Assembly: GCA_964530995.1 (NCBI GenBank)
Contig: CAZHCG010000001.1
Span: forward strand, 14,942-78,941
Direction of reading: 5' to 3'
DNA: 64,000 bases
Origin: an uncultured Myxococcales bacterium
Lineage (GTDB): Bacteria; Myxococcota_A; Polyangia; JAAYKL01
Positions 37,335-45,980 of the stretch are shown piece by piece; within the stretch, counting starts at the first letter, position 1, and each line of letters begins with the position of its first letter. Made by a program: the position numbers and the translations under genes. The notes under the pieces were generated by a model, which was not told where the DNA came from, did not search any database, and was given only the letters and a program-made list of their open reading frames with translations.

Positions 37335-39020
37335 GTGGTAGAGGTGGGCAGTGACGGTGGGCACCCGGACTGGCAGAGTCTGGTACCGGAGGTGACCCTG
37401 AGGCCGCAGCAGAACGAAGCATTGCCGATGCTGTGGGAGGCCCTGTATGGAAGCGAAGCGGTTGACTTTGCGACACTCGAGGCCCCGACCGGAGTCGGCA
37501 AGAGCGTCATACTGCTCGCACTGGCGAGGTGGGTCGAACGCGAGGGAGGCCGAGCGTTCCTGGTGACGCCACAGAGGGTCCTTCAGGACCAACTGGCAGT
37601 GTGGGATGGCGTCGCCGTCATGAAGGGAAAGGGCTCATACTCGTGCAACATCGCCCCAACCACCGCGGCATCAGCGCCATGCGCCCTGAACGCCAAGGTC
37701 AGGGAGGGGCACGAAGAGTGCAGCGACAAGCTCTGCCCTTACTTCAGGGCCCTGGCCAAGGCCAAGGCGACGCCGATCGTCATTCACAATTACGCCAGCC
37801 TCATGGCTCAGTCCCACATTGGCGGCCACTTCGGACCGCGGGACCTGATGTGTCTGGACGAGGCGCACACCGCCGCATCCTGGGTGCGAAACTACATGTC
37901 GTGCGAGTTCACACTCAGCGACCTGCGCGCCATGACGGCCAAGGACCCGCCACAAGACCCGGACCTGTTCATGCCTTGGCTGAGGCTGCTCATCGGCAGG
38001 CTTGGCGACGAAATACCGAACAACTTCCCGGAGCGTGTGATCGCGCACTTGCTGAAGATCAGGGCCCACTCGGCGGCATTCGGCGTCCCGAACGTCAACG
38101 AGATGGAGGGGCAGCACGGAGACGAAATGCGCGACCTCGATCCCGAGGACCGCGTGCCGTTCGAGGCGTGGGCCATGGATCGGCTGGGAGAGTCGTGTGC
38201 CCTCGTGCCATGGGCCACGATACGCCACAACGTCGATACCGACGACGAGGAGAGCTGGGAGGTCCTGCCGCTACGAATCGCCCCACTGTCAACGGCGCTC
38301 ACCGGACTCGGCGGCAAGATCGTCATGACCACGGCCACCGTCCTGTCGCCCAAGCTGCTGGCGGCGGAGGCCGGCGTCTCGAACCACAACATCAAGAGCA
38401 TCATCATCGATTCCGCGTTCCACCCGGACTCAAGGCCGGTGTACAGACGATACGTAGGCAAGATGTCGTATGCGCACAAGAAGCGAACGCTTCCGCGCAT
38501 GATCGACGAACTGGTGGAGATCGCCGCCGAGCACAACCACGAGCAGGGGCTCGTCCATACGGTGAGCCATGCCCTCGCGTGGCAAGTATCCGATCGCCTG
38601 AGAAAGCGACTCAGAGGACGTCCCGTAGTTCAACTGCCGCGCGGGTCGGATCGAGACGTTGTCATCAAGGACTTCCTGTCAGGTACGTTTGGACCGACCG
38701 CAATACTGATCGGCCCAGGCCTGATGGAGGGCGTCGACGGCGTGGGCGACAGCTGCCGGTGGCAGGCCATGTGCAAGGCGCCGTGGCCACACCGCAAGGA
38801 CCCCGTCGTCTGTCACCTCATGGACAACAAGGACCCAAAAATCCGCCGTTGGGGCGACACCTGGTACGTATGGAAGACCGCTCAGCTTACCGTTCAAGGC
38901 ATCGGTCGCGTTTGCCGATCGAACGACGACCATGGTGTCACGTACCTGCTCGACAGCGGATTCAAGCGCATCCTCACGTCTGGCTTCGTGCCGGACTACG
39001 TCATCGACGCCGTATCCTGA
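37335..39020 (+). CDS. DinG/XPD(Rad3)-family DEAH helicase with a 4-Cys iron-sulfur domain
   Basis: Q-motif RPQQ; Walker A APTGVGKS; Fe-S cysteines YSCN…CALN…CSDKLCPYF; DEAH box CLDEAH. Start uncertain among TTG 37284, GTG 37290, GTG 37335 and GTG 37344; 37335 chosen because a GGAGG element ends 5 nt upstream. Confidence 0.75.
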   Translation: MVEVGSDGGHPDWQSLVPEVTLRPQQNEALPMLWEALYGSEAVDFATLEAPTGVGKSVILLALARWVEREGGRAFLVTPQRVLQDQLAVWDGVAVMKGKGSYSCNIAPTTAASAPCALNAKVREGHEECSDKLCPYFRALAKAKATPIVIHNYASLMAQSHIGGHFGPRDLMCLDEAHTAASWVRNYMSCEFTLSDLRAMTAKDPPQDPDLFMPWLRLLIGRLGDEIPNNFPERVIAHLLKIRAHSAAFGVPNVNEMEGQHGDEMRDLDPEDRVPFEAWAMDRLGESCALVPWATIRHNVDTDDEESWEVLPLRIAPLSTALTGLGGKIVMTTATVLSPKLLAAEAGVSNHNIKSIIIDSAFHPDSRPVYRRYVGKMSYAHKKRTLPRMIDELVEIAAEHNHEQGLVHTVSHALAWQVSDRLRKRLRGRPVVQLPRGSDRDVVIKDFLSGTFGPTAILIGPGLMEGVDGVGDSCRWQAMCKAPWPHRKDPVVCHLMDNKDPKIRRWGDTWYVWKTAQLTVQGIGRVCRSNDDHGVTYLLDSGFKRILTSGFVPDYVIDAVS

Positions 39021-39036
39021 CGGCATCATCTGGGAG

Positions 39037-39909
39037 ATGAACATGAAACTCGTCATGCACAACAACAGAATTCGTCGAGTGGTATCGACGCACGGGTCGA
39101 ACGTACCGGACTCCATCACGGCTGAGATCGTGACCGGGTACCGCCGGCGCGGCGCAACGAGCGGGCGCATGCCCGGACCCGGCTGGAAGCGCATTCCCGG
39201 CGACCCGCGCCGATGGTTCAAGCTCGAGCCGATCGTTGAAGAGGTCACCGTCCGAGTCGACCAGGCCATCGACTGCGACGACTGGCCGGAGGGCCTGGAG
39301 GGCACGCCGCTCGAGGACGAGATGACCGCCGAGATGATGGACATCATCCGCCCGCGGATGGAGAGCGCCGTGAAGTCCGGCGGAGTGGTCGCGCAGCGCG
39401 CGATGCCGCAGATCAAGATCGAGACCATCGAGTATGAGGTCAAGTCCGCCGGCCTCCCGATGCCCACCGAGGACGAGTGGATCAAGCTGCTCAATGACGC
39501 GTGGGACGAGGTCAACCCCAAGGGGCGCGCCCACAAGCGCAAGAAGGCGCCCAAGCCGAGTGGCGCGATCACGACTCCGCCGCCGGAGACCGACGACCCT
39601 GTCGAGAAGGCCGCGATGCTCGTCGGAGATGACGCCGCGGAGAAGGTCGCCGGTGAGGCCGCCCCCGACGCCGCGCAGCCCGTGGGCGACGAGCCCGAGA
39701 TCCCGGATGGCCACAAGAAGTACGAGCACCTGGGCATCGCCGAGAAGTCCAAGGACAACGACTACCGTGACGCAGCCCTCGACAACGGCTGGCCGAAGGA
39801 GATGGTCAACGACGACGAGATCGCCTGGAATCGCAAGGGATCTCACGGGATGACCCTCGCGTTCATGCGCAAGAACGCGTACGACGCCGACAAGCACGGC
39901 ACGAGCTAG
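39037..39909 (+). CDS. hypothetical protein
   Basis: GGGAG ribosome-binding site; ATG; acidic/proline-rich linker. Confidence 0.5.
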   Translation: MNMKLVMHNNRIRRVVSTHGSNVPDSITAEIVTGYRRRGATSGRMPGPGWKRIPGDPRRWFKLEPIVEEVTVRVDQAIDCDDWPEGLEGTPLEDEMTAEMMDIIRPRMESAVKSGGVVAQRAMPQIKIETIEYEVKSAGLPMPTEDEWIKLLNDAWDEVNPKGRAHKRKKAPKPSGAITTPPPETDDPVEKAAMLVGDDAAEKVAGEAAPDAAQPVGDEPEIPDGHKKYEHLGIAEKSKDNDYRDAALDNGWPKEMVNDDEIAWNRKGSHGMTLAFMRKNAYDADKHGTS

Positions 39910-39969
39910 GCCGCGCCGACCAGCGACGAACATACGACAATCGCGGCAGTGGACCGTCGCGTGGTCGCG

Positions 39970-39978
39970 TGGTAGTAT
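39970..39978 (+). promoter_or_regulatory. extended -10 promoter element TGGTAGTAT, probably giving a leaderless mRNA
   Basis: The -10 hexamer ends 6 nt before the ATG at 39985. Confidence 0.4.
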
Positions 39979-39984
39979 TCTGGT

Positions 39985-40713
39985 ATGTCGGTGGGCCTAT
40001 TCGAAGCAATCGTCGTCAATGAGGCGCCAGACCCGGAGCTTCCAGGGTACATCTCTGTGAAGATCCCGGAGCTGTTCGGCGACGCTGAAGTCCCAGAGCC
40101 CATACCGCCGCTATTCCCAGGCGGCATTAGCGGTTGGGGCGGGATCACGCCGTCTACAGCTCCTCCTGCCGACGAGACCATACCAGATAACGCAACTGAC
40201 GTCAAGGTCACCGTCATACGAATCGCTCCAGAGACGTTCAGATGGTTTGGCACGTCTCAGGGATGGAAGTTCCTGACGGACAACGCCGGCAAGGTGTGCG
40301 GAGCCAGGTCTCCCGACGGAAAGAAGCAAATCTACCTTAGTAATGACGATGGATTCTTCGCCGGAGTCACTGACGACTTCAACACGTTCCATCGAATTGC
40401 CATCGGTACAGATGGCAAGATTCAGGTGCTGAGGAACGACGACGGTGGGGGCATGGAGGCCGACTCCACCAGCACGCGCATCATCGGCACAATCGTCAAA
40501 GTGACCACAGACGCAACGGGTGCCACCACAACGGAGATGATGGTGCTCGGCGAGTCGTACATGACGGACGAACTAGCCGCCCTGACGGAGGTCATGACGG
40601 CCGTGGCGGCGCTCGGGTTCCCAGTCACAAATCTATCGTCATTCATCACAAACCTTGGAGTGTCCCTCGGCGCCGGGCCGCCCTACCTGTCAACAGTCGG
40701 GGAGGTGGAATAA
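39985..40713 (+). CDS. baseplate spike or hub-like structural protein
   Basis: Its position begins a V-W-J-I-like gene order; no specific motif. Confidence 0.45.
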   Translation: MSVGLFEAIVVNEAPDPELPGYISVKIPELFGDAEVPEPIPPLFPGGISGWGGITPSTAPPADETIPDNATDVKVTVIRIAPETFRWFGTSQGWKFLTDNAGKVCGARSPDGKKQIYLSNDDGFFAGVTDDFNTFHRIAIGTDGKIQVLRNDDGGGMEADSTSTRIIGTIVKVTTDATGATTTEMMVLGESYMTDELAALTEVMTAVAALGFPVTNLSSFITNLGVSLGAGPPYLSTVGEVE

Positions 40714-40967
40714 TGGCGATGGACGCCGCCACGTTGGCCAACCTCATTATGACGAAGATGGAGGGCAACAGCCCAGACTTCGACGCCATGGACACGGCCG
40801 ACAAGGAGGCCGTCCGAGACGCCCTGTTCCTGTCCATCGCGGAGGCGGTCGTGGAGCACTTGCAGGGCGACGCGGAGGTCGCATTTAGCGTCGGAGACTT
40901 CTCCGGCACCGACTCCAATGGCGACACGCCTGACAACATCTCAGCCTCTGGTGGGAGCATCTCGTAA
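40713..40967 (+). CDS. hypothetical small protein
   Basis: TAATG overlap with the previous gene. Confidence 0.45.
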   Translation: MAMDAATLANLIMTKMEGNSPDFDAMDTADKEAVRDALFLSIAEAVVEHLQGDAEVAFSVGDFSGTDSNGDTPDNISASGGSIS

Positions 40968-41302
40968 TGGCGAAGACGATGGTATGGCCGCCGACTCCTC
41001 GCAGCGGCAGAGTTCCCATGGTGCAGGGGGCGGAGGCCACGCGAATCCTCGTGATGGCCACGCTCAGCGACCTGCAGACCAACCCATTCAACGAAAATTC
41101 GCTCAGCCTGGGCAACATCACCTTCAGAGTAGAGAAGGCCACTCGCGCTCGTATCGAGGCGGCCCTCAAGCGACTGCGAAGCATGATCCACGTTGAAGCG
41201 ATCATCGAGTCCGACGACGATGGCGAGTCTGAAAAGACGTACACCATCAATTTCACGGACTTGGAAACACGAAAAAAGAGGAGCGTGACGGTCAATGGCT
41301 AG
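40967..41302 (+). CDS. small baseplate protein, gpW/gp25-like by position
   Basis: 111 aa, overlapping both neighbours; the call rests on position only. Confidence 0.35.
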   Translation: MAKTMVWPPTPRSGRVPMVQGAEATRILVMATLSDLQTNPFNENSLSLGNITFRVEKATRARIEAALKRLRSMIHVEAIIESDDDGESEKTYTINFTDLETRKKRSVTVNG

Positions 41303-43523
41303 AGAATCGACTGACCCACGGTGGCCGCCGAGCGCTGAGGTCGACTTCGATTCGATTATGGATCGGCTGTTCACGCTCAAGCAGCACCACTTTCCGCAAC
41401 ATACGGTTCGTGATCCGGCCGACCCGTTCGTACAGCTGCTGCGCCTGATCGGAGCCCTTGGGCAGCACGCCCTCGGGAGGGGAAACAACGCGCTGCTGCA
41501 GCTCGCGCTCAAGTACGCCACAAGCCGTAGGGCGCTGCTGTCACTCACGGAGGTAGTGTCTCGCCCGCTGCTGCCCATGCTACCCGCGAGGGGACCTGCA
41601 TACGCCAAGCTCAGCGCCGCTCCGACTGCCGACACGGTCGTCGTTGAAGCCGGCACCAAGATCGTTCAACCTGGGATTGCCGACCCGGTGTTCTCTGTCG
41701 ATGAGGCCATCACCACGGCGTCTGACGTGCTCTTTCGGATGTGGCACGAGCAGATCGGAAGCGCAACTACGCTGATTCCTCCGTCGACGCCCATCTCGTT
41801 CGGCGATGGCGACTCTCTCATCTTCGGGTTCCAAGAGCTCACGTGGGATTCCGTCGCCATCGCGTTGGCTCAAGCGTTCTCAGCGAACGATCAGCTATTC
41901 GCTCTCGAGTTCTACAACGAGGAGTGGGGCGAGCCGGATTCTGTCACGGACAGCGGCTCTCAGCTGTACCTCTACGTCGACACCTATCTGAGCCCAGAGC
42001 TCAACGCCCAGTCCATCGGTACAACGGTGACAGTGCGCCACAAGACCTCCGGCGCCGAGGAGACGGCCACCATCGACGAGGACGGCGGCAAGCTCAGAGC
42101 GATCGTCTCGTACATGGGCCAATCCTCGCCATCCACCTCGGCATACGATTACGAGGTCCTCATCGACTGGAGGCCGGTACCGGACTGGACGGACGAAACG
42201 GACATGCTATCGGCTGACGGTTCCATCTCGTTAGACATCACCGACGTGCTGTCCTTCGTAAGATGGTGGTCAGAGCACGATACGTACGGCTACGCCCTGA
42301 AGTTCCGACACTACGACGATACCACCGCGTCGCTCCCACAAACGCTCGAATTCACCTCCATGACAGGCGACGCGAACTTCTACGCCCTGTGCGACATCAC
42401 TCAGGGATACCAGTCGACCGTATCCCTCGGTCGGACTGATGGATCGTCGTTTCAGCACTTGCCCGTTCCAACCGAGCCCATCGATGAGCCAGTCAACGAG
42501 CCGGAGCAAACCCTCGTGGTTGGCAGCGACTACGACTGGTACGTCATGGAGGACTTCTCCAATAGCGGATCGTCGTCAAAGCACGCGATCTTCCGCGAGG
42601 ACGTCGATGACGGGTGGGGCATCGTATTCGGAGACGGGACCGTGGGAGCGTTGCCTACCGCCGGCGAAGCGGTGAAGCTGACGTATCGAACCGGCAGCAC
42701 ACAGCCCGGTGACCTCGACCCGGATTCCAACATCAAGGCGATCAGCGGCACCGGACTAGCCCGCGACTGGGTACTCCCAAGAGGTACGTCCGGATACGAA
42801 GAACCGGAGGCGTCTGACAAAGACTCCGTGCTGAGGTTCCGCCACGAGGTCATCCCTCAGCTCGCACTTCGGGCAGAGAGCGTCGTCTCGCCGCCGGAGA
42901 TCGTGGCCGCCCTCACAGGAGGTGCCGAGAACCGCGCCACCTTCGAGACTGAGGACGGGCGCAAGCCGTTCTCCAGAGCGCTGTACTCGACCACTGGAGC
43001 AGGGCCACGGCAGTACAGAGTCGTTGTGGTGGGCAGCGAGTCAGACGACGACGGCTCCGTCACCACTCCGGATCTAGTGGAAGCGGAGGAGTGGCTCAAC
43101 GGGGTAGAGATCGGCGTGGAAGTCATCGGCGGGCACGGCCCGCAGAACACCGAAGCCATCCTCGGGTCATTTGTCTCACGGCCCATGCTGCCAACGATCA
43201 ACCTGTACGTGACCAGCGCCACAGGAGTCAGAAGTCAAGCAGACCAAATCATTCGAGACTTCTTCAAGCCGCATTCACGCGATGAAAAAGAGGCATTCCG
43301 ATGGTCATGGGGCGGCAAGATGCCGATGGCACTGCTGTTCAGCCTGCTGTGGGAGGGCGTGCCGAACAAGTCCGTGGTGCAAGTACCGACGGTGAGCGTC
43401 ACGGACGCCTACGGCACATACGACACTGGAGATGAGATCGATCTCGATGAGTTCGAGCTTCCCATCATCAGCCCATCGTACGATGATGATGTGAACATCG
43501 TCGTAAACGTCGTCGAGGAGTGA
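41295..43523 (+). CDS. baseplate J-like large structural protein
   Basis: 742 aa, placed immediately after the W-like gene; the call rests on position and size. Confidence 0.5.
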   Translation: MARESTDPRWPPSAEVDFDSIMDRLFTLKQHHFPQHTVRDPADPFVQLLRLIGALGQHALGRGNNALLQLALKYATSRRALLSLTEVVSRPLLPMLPARGPAYAKLSAAPTADTVVVEAGTKIVQPGIADPVFSVDEAITTASDVLFRMWHEQIGSATTLIPPSTPISFGDGDSLIFGFQELTWDSVAIALAQAFSANDQLFALEFYNEEWGEPDSVTDSGSQLYLYVDTYLSPELNAQSIGTTVTVRHKTSGAEETATIDEDGGKLRAIVSYMGQSSPSTSAYDYEVLIDWRPVPDWTDETDMLSADGSISLDITDVLSFVRWWSEHDTYGYALKFRHYDDTTASLPQTLEFTSMTGDANFYALCDITQGYQSTVSLGRTDGSSFQHLPVPTEPIDEPVNEPEQTLVVGSDYDWYVMEDFSNSGSSSKHAIFREDVDDGWGIVFGDGTVGALPTAGEAVKLTYRTGSTQPGDLDPDSNIKAISGTGLARDWVLPRGTSGYEEPEASDKDSVLRFRHEVIPQLALRAESVVSPPEIVAALTGGAENRATFETEDGRKPFSRALYSTTGAGPRQYRVVVVGSESDDDGSVTTPDLVEAEEWLNGVEIGVEVIGGHGPQNTEAILGSFVSRPMLPTINLYVTSATGVRSQADQIIRDFFKPHSRDEKEAFRWSWGGKMPMALLFSLLWEGVPNKSVVQVPTVSVTDAYGTYDTGDEIDLDEFELPIISPSYDDDVNIVVNVVEE

Positions 43524-43526
43524 AGC

Positions 43527-45071
43527 ATGGCTGATCCGTACGGCGATGTTGACCGCGAGGGCCTGTCAGAGCGAGCCCGCTCGTGGACCCCCAAGGGCCT
43601 GAAGACCAATCAGGACGCGGAGGACGCGCTGGACTGCCTGGCCGACGCGCTCGCAGACGCCCTCAACCCGGTGATCGACATGGAGAACTACCTGCCGATC
43701 ATCCTCAACCCAACACGTTGCGGCGACAACGACATCAACCGCTCGCTCAACCTGACGGGCATCGAACGCAATCCGGCCCTATCCAATTCACAGGCACGGC
43801 GACTTGCCATCCTAGGCAATCAGCTTAGGGCGTGGCGCGGCGCTTTCAGATCTCATCGACCGATTGCAGGCGCACTCACAGGCGGTCCGGTGATCATCAG
43901 GCCGTACCTGCTCGATAGGTTCATTCTCGACGAAAGCTCGATGGACCTGGTGGAGTTGGACGACACGTACTCCGACCTTTCCCAGATCTTCGTTCTAGGC
44001 CAAGGTCCAAGCGGCCAAGAGTACGATGAAAGTCAGGTACGAAAACATCTCGAAAATCTAGCGATGCCGGCCCTAGACGAGGTGGAGCTCGTGCCGTGCT
44101 TCGTTCTCACAGCTTGGCGCGACGGCCTAGCGTCTGGATGGTCATCGACCGGAGAGACCCGCCTGGTCGGCTCCACGGTCTTCAACGAATACGAAGCACT
44201 TGACATCGGGCCTAACATCGACGCCGCTGCCGTACAGCAGTGGCTCACCGGCCCTACGCTGCAGCCCGACCACGAGGCGTATCAGACGATCTGGCACACC
44301 ATCTGGTTCAAGACCGGCGGCGCGACCCCCGGATCGTATTGGGAAGCACACGCGATGCTGTCAGACCCGATGACGGGATCTGGCACTGACTCTTACTGCA
44401 TCCGCGTATATTCCGGCAACTACGGAGTGGAGTTTTATCGCGTATCAGGCGGTACGTACATCCTGATGGGCAGCCACCCGTTTACCATCAGCGACGGGTT
44501 GAGCGGCACGTACCACCGGCTCGACTGGCTCATCAATACGAGCCCATCCGCGCTGAAGATGCGCGTGTACGTCGATGGCGACTCATCGTCGTGGTTCTCC
44601 GCGTTCCCAAGCGCCGGCGGGCTGCGCACGGCGTACGGCATGGACGTGGCCAACTTCCCGACGGGACTCCTCCGAGTGTCGTCATTGACTGGATCTAGGA
44701 CGTATGTCAAGGTAGGATCTTCGTTCATCGCCAGCAGCTGGGTTGTCGTGCCTACCACCGTACCTATGGCGCTGTGCTACCTAGCGGGAATGGTGAACGT
44801 TGGCCTGTGCGGCGGACTGGGCATCCCTCAAGCGGTGGCCTCTCCAACCGATTGGGTGGCCCCTGCGCCGTCATCTCACGTGTCGGCCGTCAACAGGCTC
44901 GCCTTGACGGTGAACGCCGGCCTGTGCGGCGGGCTGGGCATCCCGGTGTCCCCGTGCGCTGCGTCCGACTGGGTGGCGCCTGCTCCAACAACTGACCAAG
45001 AAGCGATCGACAGGCTGGCGGCTATCGTCAATACCGGCCTGTGCGGAGGCCTGGGGGTGCCAGAGCCGTGA
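43527..45071 (+). CDS. tail-fibre or baseplate protein with three C-terminal repeats containing CGGLG
   Basis: VNVGLCGGLGIPQAVASPTDWVAPAPSS / VNAGLCGGLGIPVSPCAASDWVAPAPTT / VNTGLCGGLGVPEP. Confidence 0.5.
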   Translation: MADPYGDVDREGLSERARSWTPKGLKTNQDAEDALDCLADALADALNPVIDMENYLPIILNPTRCGDNDINRSLNLTGIERNPALSNSQARRLAILGNQLRAWRGAFRSHRPIAGALTGGPVIIRPYLLDRFILDESSMDLVELDDTYSDLSQIFVLGQGPSGQEYDESQVRKHLENLAMPALDEVELVPCFVLTAWRDGLASGWSSTGETRLVGSTVFNEYEALDIGPNIDAAAVQQWLTGPTLQPDHEAYQTIWHTIWFKTGGATPGSYWEAHAMLSDPMTGSGTDSYCIRVYSGNYGVEFYRVSGGTYILMGSHPFTISDGLSGTYHRLDWLINTSPSALKMRVYVDGDSSSWFSAFPSAGGLRTAYGMDVANFPTGLLRVSSLTGSRTYVKVGSSFIASSWVVVPTTVPMALCYLAGMVNVGLCGGLGIPQAVASPTDWVAPAPSSHVSAVNRLALTVNAGLCGGLGIPVSPCAASDWVAPAPTTDQEAIDRLAAIVNTGLCGGLGVPEP

Positions 45072-45625
45072 GCCGATACAACTTCGAGGACCTGGGACCT
45101 TTCGTCGACGACGCCACCGCTCTGACGTTCATCAGGTCGATGAACTGGGACACCAACGAAGATGGCACCGGAGACCCCATCGCCGGAATGCGCTATTGGC
45201 GCAGTTCGACGAATAGCCGACGCCAGTGGGACGGCGCGGCGTGGGGAGACGTGGGCGGCGGTGGCGCCACCTTCGAGCCCTTCCAGTTCTGCCTGCCACT
45301 CGTGCAGAGCAACGATACGACGAGGCACGCGTGGGTGTCCGCCGACTCGACGTGCATCAAGATCTGGGCATACCTCGAGGTGCTACCGAGCGCTGGGGCT
45401 CTGACCCTGGAGGTCATCAACAAGGAGACCGGCAACACAATGCTCGTGGGGGCGAACTTCGACCTCACGACCCTGGCGGCTGGAGTCGTGACGGAACTGA
45501 CGCTCACCGGTACACCCGCCGACCTGTCATTTAGCGAGGAGGGCCGCTTCAAGGTGGTGGTCACTGCTGACGCACTGATGGCGGACGCCGAGGGCCTATA
45601 CGTGGGGCTCAAGTTCGAGACCTGA
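45068..45625 (+). CDS. hypothetical structural protein whose N-terminal domain is shared with 47981..48178
   Basis: GTGA overlap; SRYNFEDLGPFVDDATALTFIRSMNWDTNEDGTGDP… matches ARYSFEFLGEHADDTAALTFLRSKNWDTNGDGTGDP…. Confidence 0.5.
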   Translation: MSRYNFEDLGPFVDDATALTFIRSMNWDTNEDGTGDPIAGMRYWRSSTNSRRQWDGAAWGDVGGGGATFEPFQFCLPLVQSNDTTRHAWVSADSTCIKIWAYLEVLPSAGALTLEVINKETGNTMLVGANFDLTTLAAGVVTELTLTGTPADLSFSEEGRFKVVVTADALMADAEGLYVGLKFET

Positions 45626-45626
45626 T

Positions 45627-45980
45627 ATGGCATCGTTCCAGTCACCATGCGACCAGAACCTAGCCCTACGGGATGCAGACCCATACTGGGTGTTGGATCA
45701 CTACCAATCTCCCTGCGACGCGGTGGTGGCGGACCCAGACCCGTGGTGGATCATCTCATTCGGAAGCGTCGCGGCCTCAGACGACGACTCGGCCGTGTTG
45801 GACGTGTCGCTCTGGGACTGGACGGAAATTGTTACCGGATTCAGCCAGATCGTCAGCGCTGACATCATGGTCCTCGACGTATCCATATGGAACGGCACTG
45901 ACGTGATGACGACGTGGAATCAAGAAACTAGCACCAATGATGAGATCGGCGACGACATCACCGTGGAGAATCCTTTCTGA
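45627..45980 (+). CDS. hypothetical protein
   Basis: Compact ORF between two structural genes. Confidence 0.45.
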   Translation: MASFQSPCDQNLALRDADPYWVLDHYQSPCDAVVADPDPWWIISFGSVAASDDDSAVLDVSLWDWTEIVTGFSQIVSADIMVLDVSIWNGTDVMTTWNQETSTNDEIGDDITVENPF

